A stretch of 64,000 bases of DNA, from NCBI GenBank assembly GCA_951406725.2, contig OX597825.1, positions 23,932,001 through 23,996,000 of the forward strand, written 5' to 3'. The notes under the pieces were generated by a model. It did no database searches and was not told where the DNA came from. It worked only from the letters and a program-made list of their open reading frames with translations. The DNA is from Octopus vulgaris. Taxonomy: Eukaryota. The stretch's first letter is position 1. Every line of letters begins with the position of its first letter. A program made the translations under genes and the position numbers. Positions 13,823 to 27,782 of the stretch are shown here, in pieces.

Positions 13823-14281
13823 GGATGTTTTCGGTTTGAACGGCAGTTTTTTCTCGCGGTTTCATATGAAATTGTCACCCATAATTATGACCCTAGTATC
13901 GATCTATTGCATTTCAATTTGTTTTAGGGTTAGGGTTAGAGTTAGTGTTAGTTAGGGTTAGTTAAGGTTAGTTAGGGTTAGGGGTGGGGGAAGGGTATCT
14001 TTTTTTTTCTTCAGAAATGTAAATAAACCCAATCTGTTTCTTAAACGAGGGACATATTCATCCGGCACAGAATGTTTTCACCTCAATAGACGACATTGAT
14101 TGGTTGGAATTGCAGAAATCGAAGAAAAAAAACAACAAATATCTTACAAACTATAGAATTTTCTCAATAAAGCCAAGAGAAAAAGATGTTTTATAAACAC
14201 ATTCTACCAGTATACGAGGTTTAAAAGTGTTTAGTTACGTGGAAATTATTTTAAAAACTGCCGGTCAAACCGAAAAGATCC
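13823..14281. mobile_element. MITE with ~29-bp TIRs and internal TTAGGG-like repeats
   Basis: GGATGTTTTCGGTTTGAACGGCAGTTTTT ... AAAAACTGCCGGTCAAACCGAAAAGATCC; 8-bp flanks GTTTTACC/GTTTTATC. Confidence 0.8.
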
Positions 14282-14527
14282 GTTTTATCATTAGAATGAC
14301 ATGAGGTAACCCGCATTTACTTTATCGACTATGAAGAGACGAAATGTAAAGTTAGCTCCGGTCAGATCTGAACATGAAATACAGAGAAACAAAATGAAGT
14401 ACCAACAGGAATTTAGTACAAAGCACAGCCATTCCAAACCCTTTATCACCTTAATTATAATTACATATTAATACATTATACGAAGAAATGTTCTTTCACC
14501 TTTTTATTTGAGTATTCTATTCTATTT

Positions 14528-14590
<63 letters not shown>

Positions 14591-14592
<2 letters not shown>

Positions 14593-15360
14593 GGTATGTA
14601 GAAAAATACAACATGGACAAGAACGTATAACTCTTAGAAGACGACACAATAAACACGGACAGGACATTCGAAACCCTCAGTCTTCAGTCAAGAACCGGAT
14701 CATCGTAGTAATTTCGGCTGATTAATCTTGAGATTACTAGATCACGGCCAGCCCTCCAAGAAAAACCAAGCAACGAGCATTAGAAAAACTAAGCTGGAAG
14801 CGTAGATTTCCTGGAAGAAGGATCGAATGCATACGAACACCAGGACAGCAAAAGGGACAGATATAAAAAAACAAAAAACAATAATGGAATACAGAAACAT
14901 GAAATACAGAAGCATTAACGGTGAAAACAACAGTGTCTTACGACTGATAACAAGCAAACAAATTTTTCTCTGGCGCAATGGAAAAAGCCTTTATAGTGGC
15001 GGACGAAAACAGCGATGTTAACAGAACGAGGGTCAGAGGCTGAAAGGCAGATTTCGGCCAACAGTCACGTGACAGAGAAGAGGAAAAGAAAAGAAAGAGA
15101 AGCAAAGGAAGAGAGAGAGAGAGGAGGGACAAACGCAACAAAGAGAGAGAAGAGAGAGAAAGAAGGAATCAGAGAGGAGAAGGGATGGGTGTCGAAGAAT
15201 GACCTGTGAGTGCAGAGCGTGACAAAGAAATAGGAGGGTAGTGGAAGACTAGACCAAAGAATCAGAGGAAAGAGAAGAGAAAAAGAGGATGAGTAGAGAG
15301 AAAAGAGAGAGAGGGGGACAGATCAAGTAAAAATGAGAGAGAGAGAGACAAACAGAGAGT
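14591..15360 (-). repeat. interspersed repeat next to (TA)n, unclassified
   Basis: About 14600-14750 is the reverse complement of 20533-20716; followed by a purine-rich tract. Confidence 0.55.
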
Positions 15361-15841
15361 CGTACCAATTATTAAGAATATGTGCTCACATAAATGTTAA
15401 TATATATATATTATTCCGTGCTACAATCGAACGTCGCAAAATATTTTTCAGCATAAGATATAATTGGAGACGGACCGTTCAACAATGGCATTTATTATCC
15501 GAAAATTTGTACATTCAATCTATCTTTGAAAAAGACGCTAATGAAATGTCTGCGAAGCTGTTTGAGAAAATCTTAAAGAACAACAGAATCAATAATTCTG
15601 TTGGAGCACAAAACGATGTTAACGCATTGGTTTCTGTGTAGAACGCTGTTATTTGACATTCAGTCAAAATAGTTATTGAACGCCGGAGAATGATCGACCG
15701 AATGAAGCAGAGAATAAGTTCGCTTGTCTTCATTTCTTCATTGAAGAAAAGAAAGAAAAGAAGAATTCTGTTGCCAGACGGCGAGAAAGGTAGAATGACA
15801 ACAGACAAAAGAAAACTTTTTAGAGAAAATAATGTATGTAT

Positions 15842-16263
15842 ACTCTTTTACTCTTTTACTTGTTTCAGTCATTTGACTGCGGCCATGCTGGAGCACCACC
15901 TTTAGTCGAGCAAATCGACCCCGGGACTTATACTTTGTAAGCCCAGTACTTATTCTATCGGTCTCTTTTGCCGAACTGCTAGGTGACGGGGACGTAAACA
16001 CTCCAGCATCGGTTGTCAAGCAATGCTAGAGGGACAAACACAGACAAACATATACACATACGTACACATATATATATATACATAGATATATACATATATA
16101 TATATAGACGACAGGCTTCTTTCAGTTTCCGTCTACCAAATCCACTCACAAGGCTTTGGTCGGCCCGAGGCTATAGCAGAAGACACTTGCCCAAGATGCC
16201 ACGCAGTGGGACTGAACCCGGAACCATGTGGTTGGTTAGCAAGCTACTTACCACACAGCCACG
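15842..16263 (-). mobile_element. SINE group A
   Basis: High similarity to 11540-11955. Confidence 0.9.
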
Positions 16264-16301
16264 TATCTATAATATATATATATATATATATATACACACT
16301 C

Positions 16302-16337
<36 letters not shown>

Positions 16338-16508
16338 TGTGTGTGTACAAATGCGGTGATACAATCAGCGGAATTAGAACTCAATACGTCAAAGTATGAT
16401 ACGTATTAAGTACTTGCAACGTTACAAAAGGTATTGAAGGCCTAGAATTTCATGGGTGATATCAAATTTTCAGGCATCGAGTTTTACAGCTAAATTATGC
16501 GCGTATTA

Positions 16509-16546
<38 letters not shown>

Positions 16547-16639
16547 CTGAAATTTACGTAAAACAAAAGATAGCCAGAGGTGCTGTAATATTAAAAAAAC
16601 TCTAATTAATACGGCGATCAAAGAGGCTCACATCGCAAA

Positions 16640-17060
16640 CTAAACCTGGGTTATTCGGGTTAATTGATATCTCAACAACAATATATGCTGCTAACACATG
16701 GAAGAGTACTATAAATATTGAAGAACTGACTGATACCTTCAAACAAAAATTCTTAAGAAAAATTCTGGATCTTAGATGGCAAGACAAGATCACAAACGAG
16801 ATGTGTTTCCAAGCATCAATGCCGCACGCCTGTCATCAAAGGCAGCAGATTGCAGTTGGCAGGGCGTGTCCTGCGAATGGAGTACTATATCTCAACAAGA
16901 AATGCAATGACATGGTTATCAGTTGGGAATAGACCAAAGGGTAACGAAAAACTGGAGATGACCAGCGCAGGTGTGGCACATACTGGTTTCAAGCTCCAAA
17001 TGTAGATAAAAGACAGAAGAGCAACGTGGCCCTTTGCCGTGAGGCTAGAGGAACCTGATG
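16640..17060 (+). pseudogene. RTE-clade LINE 3' fragment
   Basis: Translates to IYAANTW...FKQKFLRKILDLRWQDKITNE and RLQLAGRVLRM, typical of the RTE post-RT region. Confidence 0.65.
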
Positions 17061-17702
17061 ACTGTTACATACATGTATATACATACATGTACGTGTGTGT
17101 GTGTGGCATATTGTACTGAAAGCACAACTATATCACGTTATTTATTCTTTCAAAGATTTCTATATTTTCTTATAATTATTTTGCTGTATATTTGGAACAC
17201 TAATGTTTTTAAATCGAACCTCAAATTTTCAGACCATAGTCTCACGTTCAAAATAATTGCATATTAGAGTGTGGTACCATCTCATTATAGTAGACATTAC
17301 CAATATTATATGTTTTAGACAGGATCAAATTATTGGTATAAACACCACAACACTTATTTTCGTTCGTTATTAATATATAATACAAATGTGAGGTAGTACA
17401 CTGGCACAATCATTAGCACATCAGGCAAACTGTTTAACGGTATTTCGCCCGTCATTTCGTTCGAAGTTCAAATTCCGCCTAGGACGACTTCACATTTAAT
17501 CTTTTTTTCTTCGGGGGTGGGGTCAATAAAATTGGTACCAGTTGAATACAGGGGTCGATGTAATCGACTAACATCTAGCCCCAAACTTGCTGGCCTTGTG
17601 CCAGAATTTGAAAGCGCTATATAATGCAAATGTGTAATCCTTATACCTTCCTTAAAATTTATTTTTCGGTTTATGCCGATAGCGTTTCCCCTCATGCTCA
17701 CC

Positions 17703-17703
<1 letters not shown>

Positions 17704-17765
<62 letters not shown>

Positions 17766-17957
17766 TAACAACAACAACAACAACATCGAAAAATACCTTA
17801 GGAATGAGAACCCAGGTTCGAAATTTCTCCAAGACACCTGATAAATGCTGACGGGTATATCAGCCGAAACGTTGTGTTAGCATCAAGCAAGATGATGACA
17901 AATATCCGCCAAATGTAAATAATGTACATAATCCCTCATCTTTTAAATATAGAACTG
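17704..17957 (+). mobile_element. 5'-truncated copy of the hammerhead-tailed element
   Basis: (AAT)n, CATCGAAAAATACCTTAGG..., GACAC-CTGATAA-..-CAGCC-GAAAC-GTT-GTGTT (17833-17878), tail AATATAGAACTG. Confidence 0.8.
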
Positions 17958-18054
17958 TATAATCAAATATATATTTAAAGGCGGCAACACAATATAGCCC
18001 GTCATACATACTTACATATACGCATGCGTACGTGAATGTTTATATTAATATCCA

Positions 18055-18450
18055 TTCTACAATAGGCATAAGGCCTGAAATTTGGTGAGGAGGGGTTAAG
18101 TCGATTACATCGACCCTAGTACTTAACTGATACTTAGCTTATCGACCCCTAAAGGATGAACGGCAACGCCGACCTCGGCGGAATTTGAACTCAGAACGTA
18201 GCGGCAGACGAAATACCTATTTCTTTATTACCCACAAGGGGCTAAACACAGAGGGGACGAACAAGGACAGACAAACGGATTAAGTCAATTATATCGACTC
18301 CAGTGCGTAACTGGTACTTAATTTATCGACCCCGAAAGGATGAAAGGCAAAGTCGAACTCGGCGGAATTTGAACTCAGAACGTAACGGCAAACGAAATAC
18401 GGCTACGCATTTCGCCCGGCGTACTAACGATCCTGCCAGTTTGCCGCCTT
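18055..18450 (-). mobile_element. SINE group B (Meta-domain-like) dimer
   Basis: Contains the RC of GCCTTTCATCCTTTCGGGGTCGATAAATTAAGTACC; unit junction at 18217/18218; flanking TATATTAATAT duplication. Confidence 0.85.
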
Positions 18451-18729
18451 ATATTAATATAAGCGAGTGCGGTCTTTTTCTGAGTTTCTATATATCAAGA
18501 CGTTGGAAAAATATCGGTGAAGCGACGCAAAAATTAGCTGGTATAGATTTTGGTTATTTAGCTTCGTTCCTTTAAATTGTGTTTTCGTATATCTATGCGA
18601 AGGTAATTTGTTTTCTCCTGATCAAATCGATAAAATAAATATCGAATTACTAGGTTTGATATAATCAAATATATAGTTAAAGGCGTCAAGCCAGTATAAC
18701 CAATCATACATACATATATATATATATTA

Positions 18730-19135
18730 CACTTTTACTATTTTTCTTGTTTCAGTCATTTGACTTCGGCCATGCTGGAACACCGCCTTTAGTCGAGCAA
18801 ATCGCCCCCAGGACTTATTCTTTCTAAGCCTAGTACTTATTCTATCGGTCTCTTTTGTCGAACCGCTAAGTTACAGGGGACGTAAACACACCAGCATCTG
18901 TTGTCAAGCGATGTTGGGGGTGGTACAACACAGACACACAAGTATATACACACACATACACATATATACATATATACGACGGGTTCTTTCAGATTCCATC
19001 TACCAAATCCACTCACTAGGATTTGGTCGGCCCGAGGCTATAGTAGAAGACACTTGCCCAAGGTGCCGCGCAGTGGGGTGAACACGGAACCATGTGATTT
19101 GTAAGCAAATTACTTACCACACAGTCATCCCTACT
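18730..19135 (-). mobile_element. SINE group A
   Basis: Similarity to the other group A copies. Confidence 0.85.
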
Positions 19136-19399
19136 GAAAGAATCCCATCATATATATATATATATATTATAATTAAGGGCTAAAGAAGGTTAATTCTAAA
19201 GGTTAGTTGCCCGCTTTCAGTTCAATTTTCCTGTAACAAGTGGATTATAAGTGGATAAATCAGTGTATTGGCTTTAGAATAACCTTCTTGAGCCCTTAAT
19301 TATAAGATGTTTATACTTCAACCGTAATGGTTTTTTTAATATACTGCCACGCTTTCTGATGGAATCCTTTTCTGTAGAGATAGGGACTTCATCCTATAT

Positions 19400-19479
<80 letters not shown>

Positions 19480-20438
19480 GTATGTATGTATGCGTGAATG
19501 AGTGATTGTTTTAATATAAACGAATGCGGTATTTTTTCTCAGTTTCTATATATCAAAACTTTGGAAGAATATCGGTGAAGCTACGCAAAAAGTAACTGGT
19601 ATGCATATTGGGTATATAGTTTCGTCCCTTTAATTTGTGTTTTCCTATATTTATACGAAGGCTAATTTTGTTTTTCTCGTGATCAGATCGATAGAATAAG
19701 TATCGTAGTACTAGATTTCATATAATCGAATATAAACTTAAAGGCGGCCACCCAGTGTAGCTGTAATCCAATAACAGAAACCAATAAAAACAGCATATAA
19801 TTTCCAATATTGGTACGAAAGCCACAGCCAACCGCAGAGTTTGGAAAGTAGGATGTAATTAGCTGATTTAATCGAAGTACTTGATTACTACTTATTTTAT
19901 CGACAACAATAACATGAAAATCAAAAGGTGAAGCGAAACATCTGAAGGCCAATTAATTGAGGCCAATATCGTTTGCAAATACTTCGAAGCTCACCCACGA
20001 TATATTGAAAAATAAATTTCTGAAACAAAAAGGAAAAAAAAGGAAAAACTACATCTAAAATTCATTTTGCCAACCAATCAATGATAAAAAGGAGTATATG
20101 ACATCTTGCGATATTTCAGAGATATTAGACATGGTACTCAATCAAAAATCAATCACCCAATCAATCAATCAATCAATCAGGAAATAAATGGGAAAGCTAA
20201 ATGAAATATAGTGTTTAGGTGGGTGGTGGATTGCTTATTCGGCATTTCATTAGTGAAACCGTGTCACTGACAGGTGCACTCGGACACAAAGACATTTTTG
20301 ACACTTCACACTTGCCGATTGCATGAAGAAATAAACCAAATTAAATGCAATATTTTTTGTGTGTATGTATAAATGCTTGAAATTACTTTTAAAATAATCA
20401 TATACATTCATACATACATACATACACACACATATATA

Positions 20439-20536
<98 letters not shown>

Positions 20537-20791
20537 CAGATTGGAGCAATGTCAAGATTAATCAGCCGAAATTGCGAGGATGACCCGGTTCGTGACTGAG
20601 GATAGAAAGCTTCGAATGACCCGTCCGTGTTTTTCTTTGTATCGTCTATCTGGATGTTTTGTTGTCCCTTTTTGTATCACCTAGTTGTCCGGATGTTTTG
20701 TCCCATTTTGTATTTTATATATATATATATAAATTAACATAATGAGATAAAAATTTAAGGCTGTGAAAGATTTCAGAACATTTATAAGTAG

Positions 20792-20839
20792 GTCTTACAG
20801 CTGTTTCCGGGATATTTCATATATCATTTCATCGGAGAT
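20792..20839 (-). ncRNA. minimal hammerhead motif, CCGATGA core variant
   Basis: RC TCT-CCGATGA-..GATAT..ATATC..-GAAA-CAGCTG-TA-AGA; palindromic stem III, GUA site. Confidence 0.55.
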
Positions 20840-20995
20840 GGTGTTAGAAGATGGTTAAGCAATAGTTATTCTAGATAAGATATGAAATAGAGAGTTAAGT
20901 GGAGGAATGAAAACAGACATGAGATATGCAGGGATACTGTAACTCCAGTTCCATAATTTAAGCAGAATGGTATACATATAAGTTTCATGTATGTC

Positions 20996-21043
<48 letters not shown>

Positions 21044-21734
21044 TATATATATAAATTTATGTGTATATATATATATATGCACCCATCTTTGGATGGTGTA
21101 ATTTACTATAACGGTGCACTCCTGTGGATGGTTTAAGTTGAAAAAGCCCGCAGTTAGAAATCGTTTCAAGATGAGAAGCGTAAAATGTATAATTACCATT
21201 TTCCTTGGATGTTTATGATGTCTTATTAAGAAACTTGGGTAATAAATATATTTTCTTAAGCACAAATTTGGCATTTAGTAATAAATGAATGTTCATGAAA
21301 TGAGATCGTAATCGCAGTAGGCATTAGCGATCCAATATCTTACTTGAAGGGTTTTGTATCATGTACGTATTTTACTCGTAACGCCTGATACAACTGCATT
21401 GAAGCTTTTTTTTTTCAGTGACAGTCATGTATGATAAAGAAAAGCAAACTTTTATATCAGACAAATAGAATAATGGGATGTACAAAAATATTTGTCAGGG
21501 CATGCTTATGAGCGAACAGCGTGCATGAAGTAAGAAGGGTCATTGAAGGTAATGTTCTGTTAACAACAATCAGGAAAATCAAGCAAAATATCAATGAAAT
21601 GCTTGCAGGGAGTCCGACTACTAACGGCTACAGTTTGGCGTAGATGTGAAAAATGCAGTAGTTGAATAACTACTGTAGGGCTTCTCTGTAGACGACACTC
21701 TTTGATTTGACTTAAGGAGCATAGATGAATAAGT

Positions 21735-21990
21735 TCAATCGACGTAGAACTGTCCACGTGAAAAGCATGACGTTCGAAGGTCCAATCCGACAACTTTCAG
21801 CGACTCACCTTGTGCTTTGTTAACTGTAATGGCAAAGCTGAGTTTTAGAGGAAACTGAAGTTTCTACATAGGGTAGAAGCAGTATGTTTGGGTTAGCGAA
21901 TTTCCGGAATGAAAACGGTATCGAATTTGCCTTGTCCCGTGATAATTTGGGCTTTAATGACATGGTTCATCATTTGTTTGACCACAAGGC
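21735..21990 (-). pseudogene. Helitron Pif1-like helicase C-terminal fragment
   Basis: RC translates to LVVKQMMNHVIKAQIITG..VFIP and [39 protein letters not shown], matching Pif1 motifs V/VI; contains a frameshift and stop. Confidence 0.8.
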
Positions 21991-22000
21991 GAGTTTATAT

Positions 22001-22409
22001 ATAGGTGCAGACGTGGCTGTGAGGTCAGAGGCTTGCTTCTCAACCTCATGTTTCAGGGTACAGTCCCTGTGCGTGGCACCTTGTACTACGACTAGATTTC
22101 TATAGTTTTCTACTATAGCCTCGAGCCGATCGTAGCCTTGTGTCTGGATTTGGTGGACGGAAACTGAAAGAAGCCCGTCGTGCAGACATGTATATTTGTA
22201 TAGGTGTGAGTGTGTTTTTGTGTCTCTGTTCCCCCCCCCCACCGCTTGATAACCGGTGTTTGGTGTATTTCTGTAACCGTAACTTAACAGTTCGGCAAAA
22301 GAGACTGGTAGAATAAGTACCAGGTTTAAAATATATGTGCTGGGGGGATTCATTCGACTAAGAATTCAAGGTGGTACCCCAGTAGGGCCGTAGTCTAATG
22401 ACTGAAACA
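22001..22409 (+). mobile_element. SINE group A, diverged
   Basis: Head GGTGCAGACGTGGCTGTGAGG...; tail interrupted by the Helitron at 22412. Confidence 0.8.
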
Positions 22410-22411
22410 TA

Positions 22412-22923
22412 TCTATATATATAAAACTGTAGTTGTGTGAGTGTCTGTCCCCTTCGATTTAGATTCCTAACTACTGCCACATTTTGCGGTGCAGTTTAAC
22501 CAAATTCGGGTATCTTATAGTCGTGATTCATATCGAGCCCGTCTGCGTATTAGCGCGCGTCTACGATGAGTCTACGATTTTAAAAATAATTTAACATTAT
22601 TTTTTATTCCATTTTAATGCATAATTTTTCGTGTGTCGATGGCGGCGGAGTTGGCGTCCATGGTCACACCTGCACCTGTTTGCTTCTCCCCTTCTTCCCT
22701 CCCTCGTGAAGCTGTGGGGAAGGGAGTGTAAGGAAATCAACGTCGTAAAGCGTTGTCAAGGAGACCAGCGTTCTTTTAGAACAACGACTTCATGGCTTGA
22801 AGACACCAAAACAGAAATGGCTAAGAAAGCCCGAATTGGCATCTATAAGGGAAGTAACTCTCTAAAAATGCTTATATAGTTATTTCCCTTACAAACCCGA
22901 GCAACGCCGGGCGATACTGCTAG
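22412..22923 (+). mobile_element. non-autonomous Helitron
   Basis: A|TCTATATATATAAAA start; 3' hairpin CCCGAGCAACGCCGGG then CTAG|T; no TSD. Confidence 0.85.
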
Positions 22924-22952
22924 TATATTATATATATATATATATGTATGTA

Positions 22953-23059
<107 letters not shown>

Positions 23060-24486
23060 GAAACATAAAATTCTCCTTCTTCAGCCGCCTCTGTTTCGCC
23101 TATATATATAAATATATATATCCGGCAGTTCCCGTTCTCCAAATTCCCTCACAAGATGTTAGTCAACCTAGGACTACCAGGAGGCACATGCCCAAAGCGC
23201 CACGTGTTTGGACCGAACCAGAAACGTTGTGGCTGTAATGTGACTCTCTCATCCGACTCTGATAATTGCGCATTAACCTTTTTCAGCAGAAACTAAACAC
23301 TGTGGAAGGAATACATTGACATGTTTTTGGTCGAATCCATTCTTATTCGTGGGGACCAGGTGGTTTCATTTTGATTTACCATGTGTATCTGCGTGTATGC
23401 GTGTCAGTGTTTGTGTGTGGGTGTTTAGATTAAGTTGATAATGATCGATGATAGATTTAATCAACTAAATTGCCGCGAATGCTTGATTTGTAATTATTTT
23501 TCAATCCTAGGAAGATGAAAGACGAATAGGAAATTGGTGAGATATTGCAATTAGAATGTAAACGAACATAAGTGATTGTCAAAATCCAACGGCACAGCTA
23601 CCCTAATCACGTCAGTCTGTAAGAAGTATTCAAAACAATAACACGGAAATACGTATTTAGAAATATACGATTCCTCTTCCATTTCTGGGTGAAAGCAGAT
23701 ATCTATAAAATCCTAAACTTCACTCAGACATGTGTTTGAGAAATATCTTTTCTCTCATATATTTTACTCGTTTCAGTCATTTGTTAACGGCCATGCTGGA
23801 GCACAACCTGGAATGGATTTAACCGAACAAATCAACTCTAATACTTTACTTTTTAAAGTTTTCTTTTAAAGTTTACTTGCGGTTAACAAAGCAAACCCAG
23901 TTGTCAAATAACGGATGCGGGACAAACACACACACGCACGCACACACACACACACACACACTCTCTCTCTCTCTCTCTCCCTCTCTCACACAGACACATT
24001 CTCTCTCTCTCTTTCTCACACACACACATACACATTAGCACGCTTGCGCGCACACAAGCCAATAGCCATTTTGAGTTATTTCTCGAAACTCAGTTTTGCT
24101 TAGATTATGCAAATTACCCAGTATAATCTAAGTCCTTTGACTACTGAAGATATAATCAAACAATGGTCGTGCTGATGACAGCTATTGAGCTAGAAACCCG
24201 TGTCCACAACAGTCTTCTTATTTCCAACAGTCTTTTTATTGAGTATATAAACAGATTGGATGTTTTTGTTTCATTGCGATTGGTCGAATTGGTATACACA
24301 CGTCTGGTGAGAACCAATTAAAGATTCAAAAGTTATTACGTATGTTCATTATTTATTTTTTCACTCTACGGAGTTAGTTTGCCCTGATTATGTAGCTGCT
24401 ACGTAGGTTATACACATACTTACATACACATGCATACATACAGCCATCCATACATCCATCCATCCATCCATCCATACATACATACA

Positions 24487-24518
<32 letters not shown>

Positions 24519-24604
24519 AATCTTTAATTTGTTTCAGCTTCAAAGCTGCGGTCATACTGGGGCACCACTGTTGACTGTGCCACACCATTATTTGAAACAT
24601 CCTA

Positions 24605-25374
24605 TCATATTTAACATCTGGTGAATGAGGGAGTTTGATGCCGCAGCCCTCATTTTTGTTTCCTTCCGTGAGTTAGGCTCATCTGGAACCTTTGACAGGA
24701 GACCCATTTGTGTTTTGAAGACACCTACATCCGCACCATGCAGGTCACTCAGGCATTTTGAAGAGCTGTGGGCCCTTGAAGCCCAAGCTGTTGCAGTAGC
24801 TGGTCCTGTATTTTGATGGAGATGCTGTGATCTTTGGCACTATGCAGTGGCACCCCATTCTGCTCTTTGTGCAACTTTCAATGCCAAAGTTTGGTAGGTA
24901 GAAGGCCTTCCAGGATTTTCTAGATGTATATCACCGCATATTTTCCCGCCTTCGTTCTAGGAAGAAGAGTTTTAATTATTTCAGTCTTTCCCAGTAGCAG
25001 GTACGTTGCATTTAGACGATTTTCGTTGTGCAGCTTCGTTGGATTGCTTCGAGTTCCGCCGTGAATTTTATATTGTGTGGTGACCACAGTTGGGAGCAGT
25101 AATCCAAGCGGCTGCGGACGTATTCCCTCCAAAGGAACAACATTTGCTTCTTTTCCCTTGCTTTGAAAGTTCGGAGGATCCATCTAGCTAGCCGTCTGCA
25201 TTTATGACCAAATTGTTAATAAGCACTTGGAAAGATGCATCATTGCTCATCTCAATTCCCAGATCATGCACTGATTTTGATTCAGGGATTGCAATTCCTC
25301 CCGAGTGAGTGAATCCTGTATATATGCCGTTCAGATTTGTGTGCTAGTAGCGAAGGACTTGGAATTTTCCTGCA

Positions 25375-25375
<1 letters not shown>
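24605..25375 (-). pseudogene. CR1-group LINE 3' fragment
   Basis: RC peptides KFQVLRY, VHDLGIEMSNDASF, WILRTF, YAVIYI, KILEG, LLSKVPDEP..RAAASNSLIHQM. Confidence 0.75.
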
Positions 25376-25453
<78 letters not shown>

Positions 25454-26612
25454 ATATATATATATATATTTATATATTGGCCTGCTCGCTTAGCCAGCGG
25501 GGTGGCGTCATTTGAAGGCTAAAACCAATGCGAAGCGCATTGTGACCAGCGATGAGTGCAATATCTGATAGCCTGGTCGGTCACGGTGATATATATATAT
25601 ACATATTTATATATATGTATGTATATCATAATTTCTTGTAGATGTGATTATCGTGGAAGCCCAGTGTAAGAAACAACACAGGAAGTGACGCATTTTTAAG
25701 AGGAGGAGTGGTAGTGAGAGCAGAACTGATGAGTGAACTGGTACTGGCAGCGGTCGTTTTGGTAGCGGTGTTGATAATAATAGTGATTACAATTGAAAAT
25801 CATTTTCTCACTCTAATGTATGTGTGTGTGTGCGTGTGTTTGTGAGAGTGTGTGTGTGTGTGTGTGTAAATCTATTCCCGTTGTTGTTAAATTTTTTTTT
25901 TCTTAAATTCCGATAATTGTAATTTATTTAGGATGACTTAAAATTTATCATTTCATCTTTAAACCCGAACACGAAGATCAATAAACGCTACTAACGTGAC
26001 AGAAAGAAGACATTCACTGAATTTATTGCCCAGTAATTTGCAGTTATTGCGAAGCATTAACGCTGTATAGTCTAGTTTCTATAACTCATTCTGTTAAAGA
26101 TTTTAATCAGATCTTTATTACATTTCGGTAAGTTATGACCAACGTTAAATGAATTAAAAATGTAATTCAATAACCGACAAGAGATCAGAAAGAGCTAAAC
26201 TATTACTGGTTCCATTTTATACTGCCTTTACGTTTCCAGCCTTTAATATTTCATAAAGGCATCGTTATAGTCCGACCTACTGTATTTCCAAATAACTTTT
26301 GAGCCGAGAATCTACGAAAACAGAAAGTCAAAGAGTAAAGAAAAACAATTATGTAGAAAATTCGACCATATCATATATGTCAGCGGGCATGACCTCAGAA
26401 TTTATCGAATTAATTCTGCGGGTTAATAACCTGAGAAACTGAATAATGCGCAAAATTCATTTGTAGCTCTGCTTTAAATGTAATTGTACTCTTAAAATTA
26501 TTTCAGCCTGAGCTTTAATCATTCCTTCCCAATACGTCCAGATGAAATCCTTGTTCGGGCGTTTATATTTCCAGTTAATATTCATTGGAGTGTTTTTGAC
26601 TAAGTCCTAAAC

Positions 26613-26684
26613 TTACACCTTGATTTTGTCGCAATTATTACACCTTGATTTTGTCTCGATCGTTACACCTTGATTTTGTCGCAA
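26613..26684. repeat. three copies of a ~25-bp tandem repeat
   Basis: TTACACCTTGATTTTGTC... repeated three times. Confidence 0.85.
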
Positions 26685-27641
26685 CTGCATTAAGATTTTC
26701 TTCCTATTATCTCTTACATAAACAGAATAACCGTGTGTGTGTGTGTGTGTATGTGTAGTACTGAAGTACAGGAGACTAGCTTTAATATTTTCTCATTTAT
26801 ACACTCTACAAGATTATCTTCTTATGCACCTAAATACTTCAGCATGATTCATATCACATAGCTACCGTGATGTGATCATTTGCGCATGTTACATCCAACA
26901 GGCTGACAATTTAGTCATGGGAATATTTTTCTCAGAATGCCTTAATCCTGGCTAACCATTATTACTTATTTAACGGTCTCTTGAGACCTTACTTATTAAA
27001 CGGTCTCTTGAATATCAAAAAAACATCTATGGTACTGTTTAAAAAGCATGTAGTTATACTTAAATGGACTATACCCCTTGTTTTCCAAATGGACGTAGTC
27101 CAGTGCCATTGGCAAAGAATGAAACATCGATTATTCTTTAGTAACCTAGTTTCAAACTTATATTTTAGACATTCCTAAAACTTTACAAAAGAAAAAACTT
27201 CACAGGTCTGTGCGGTTAAGAAGCTCAATTTACAACCTATCGCATTGATAAAATAGGTACCAGTTAAACACTGGGGTTGATGTAATCGATTTATCCCGTC
27301 CCCTGAAATTGCTGGCCCTGTACCAAAAGCTCATTCTTTTCATATACCGTGTCGAAACAGCTTCTATAATCAGACAAAGTAAAGATCTTCTCAGATAGGC
27401 CACCCAACCGATTAACATGTTACCCTTCACAAAACATACGGCAACTACCAGCTCATTGGCATGATATTTTATTCTTTATCTTTTACTTGCTTTAGTCATT
27501 AAAATGTGGCCATGCTGGGGCATGGCCTTGAATTTTAGTCGAACAGATCGACTTTCTTTTCAGGCCTTGTACTTATATCTGAATATTTTGCCAAGCCGCT
27601 ATTTTTCCCGGACATAAGTACACCGGTCATTAGATACACGC

Positions 27642-27672
<31 letters not shown>

Positions 27673-27782
27673 TATATGTATGTATGTATATATGTATATA
27701 AATAAATATTGGGATGGTATTATTAAAATACCATCACAAATGGTAAGCGAATTATTAGCCACACAGTGAAATTAAAATATAT

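Noticed and set aside
20330-20400. Minus-strand [10 protein letters not shown] resembling a Penelope RT motif
   Set aside because: Too short to distinguish from chance
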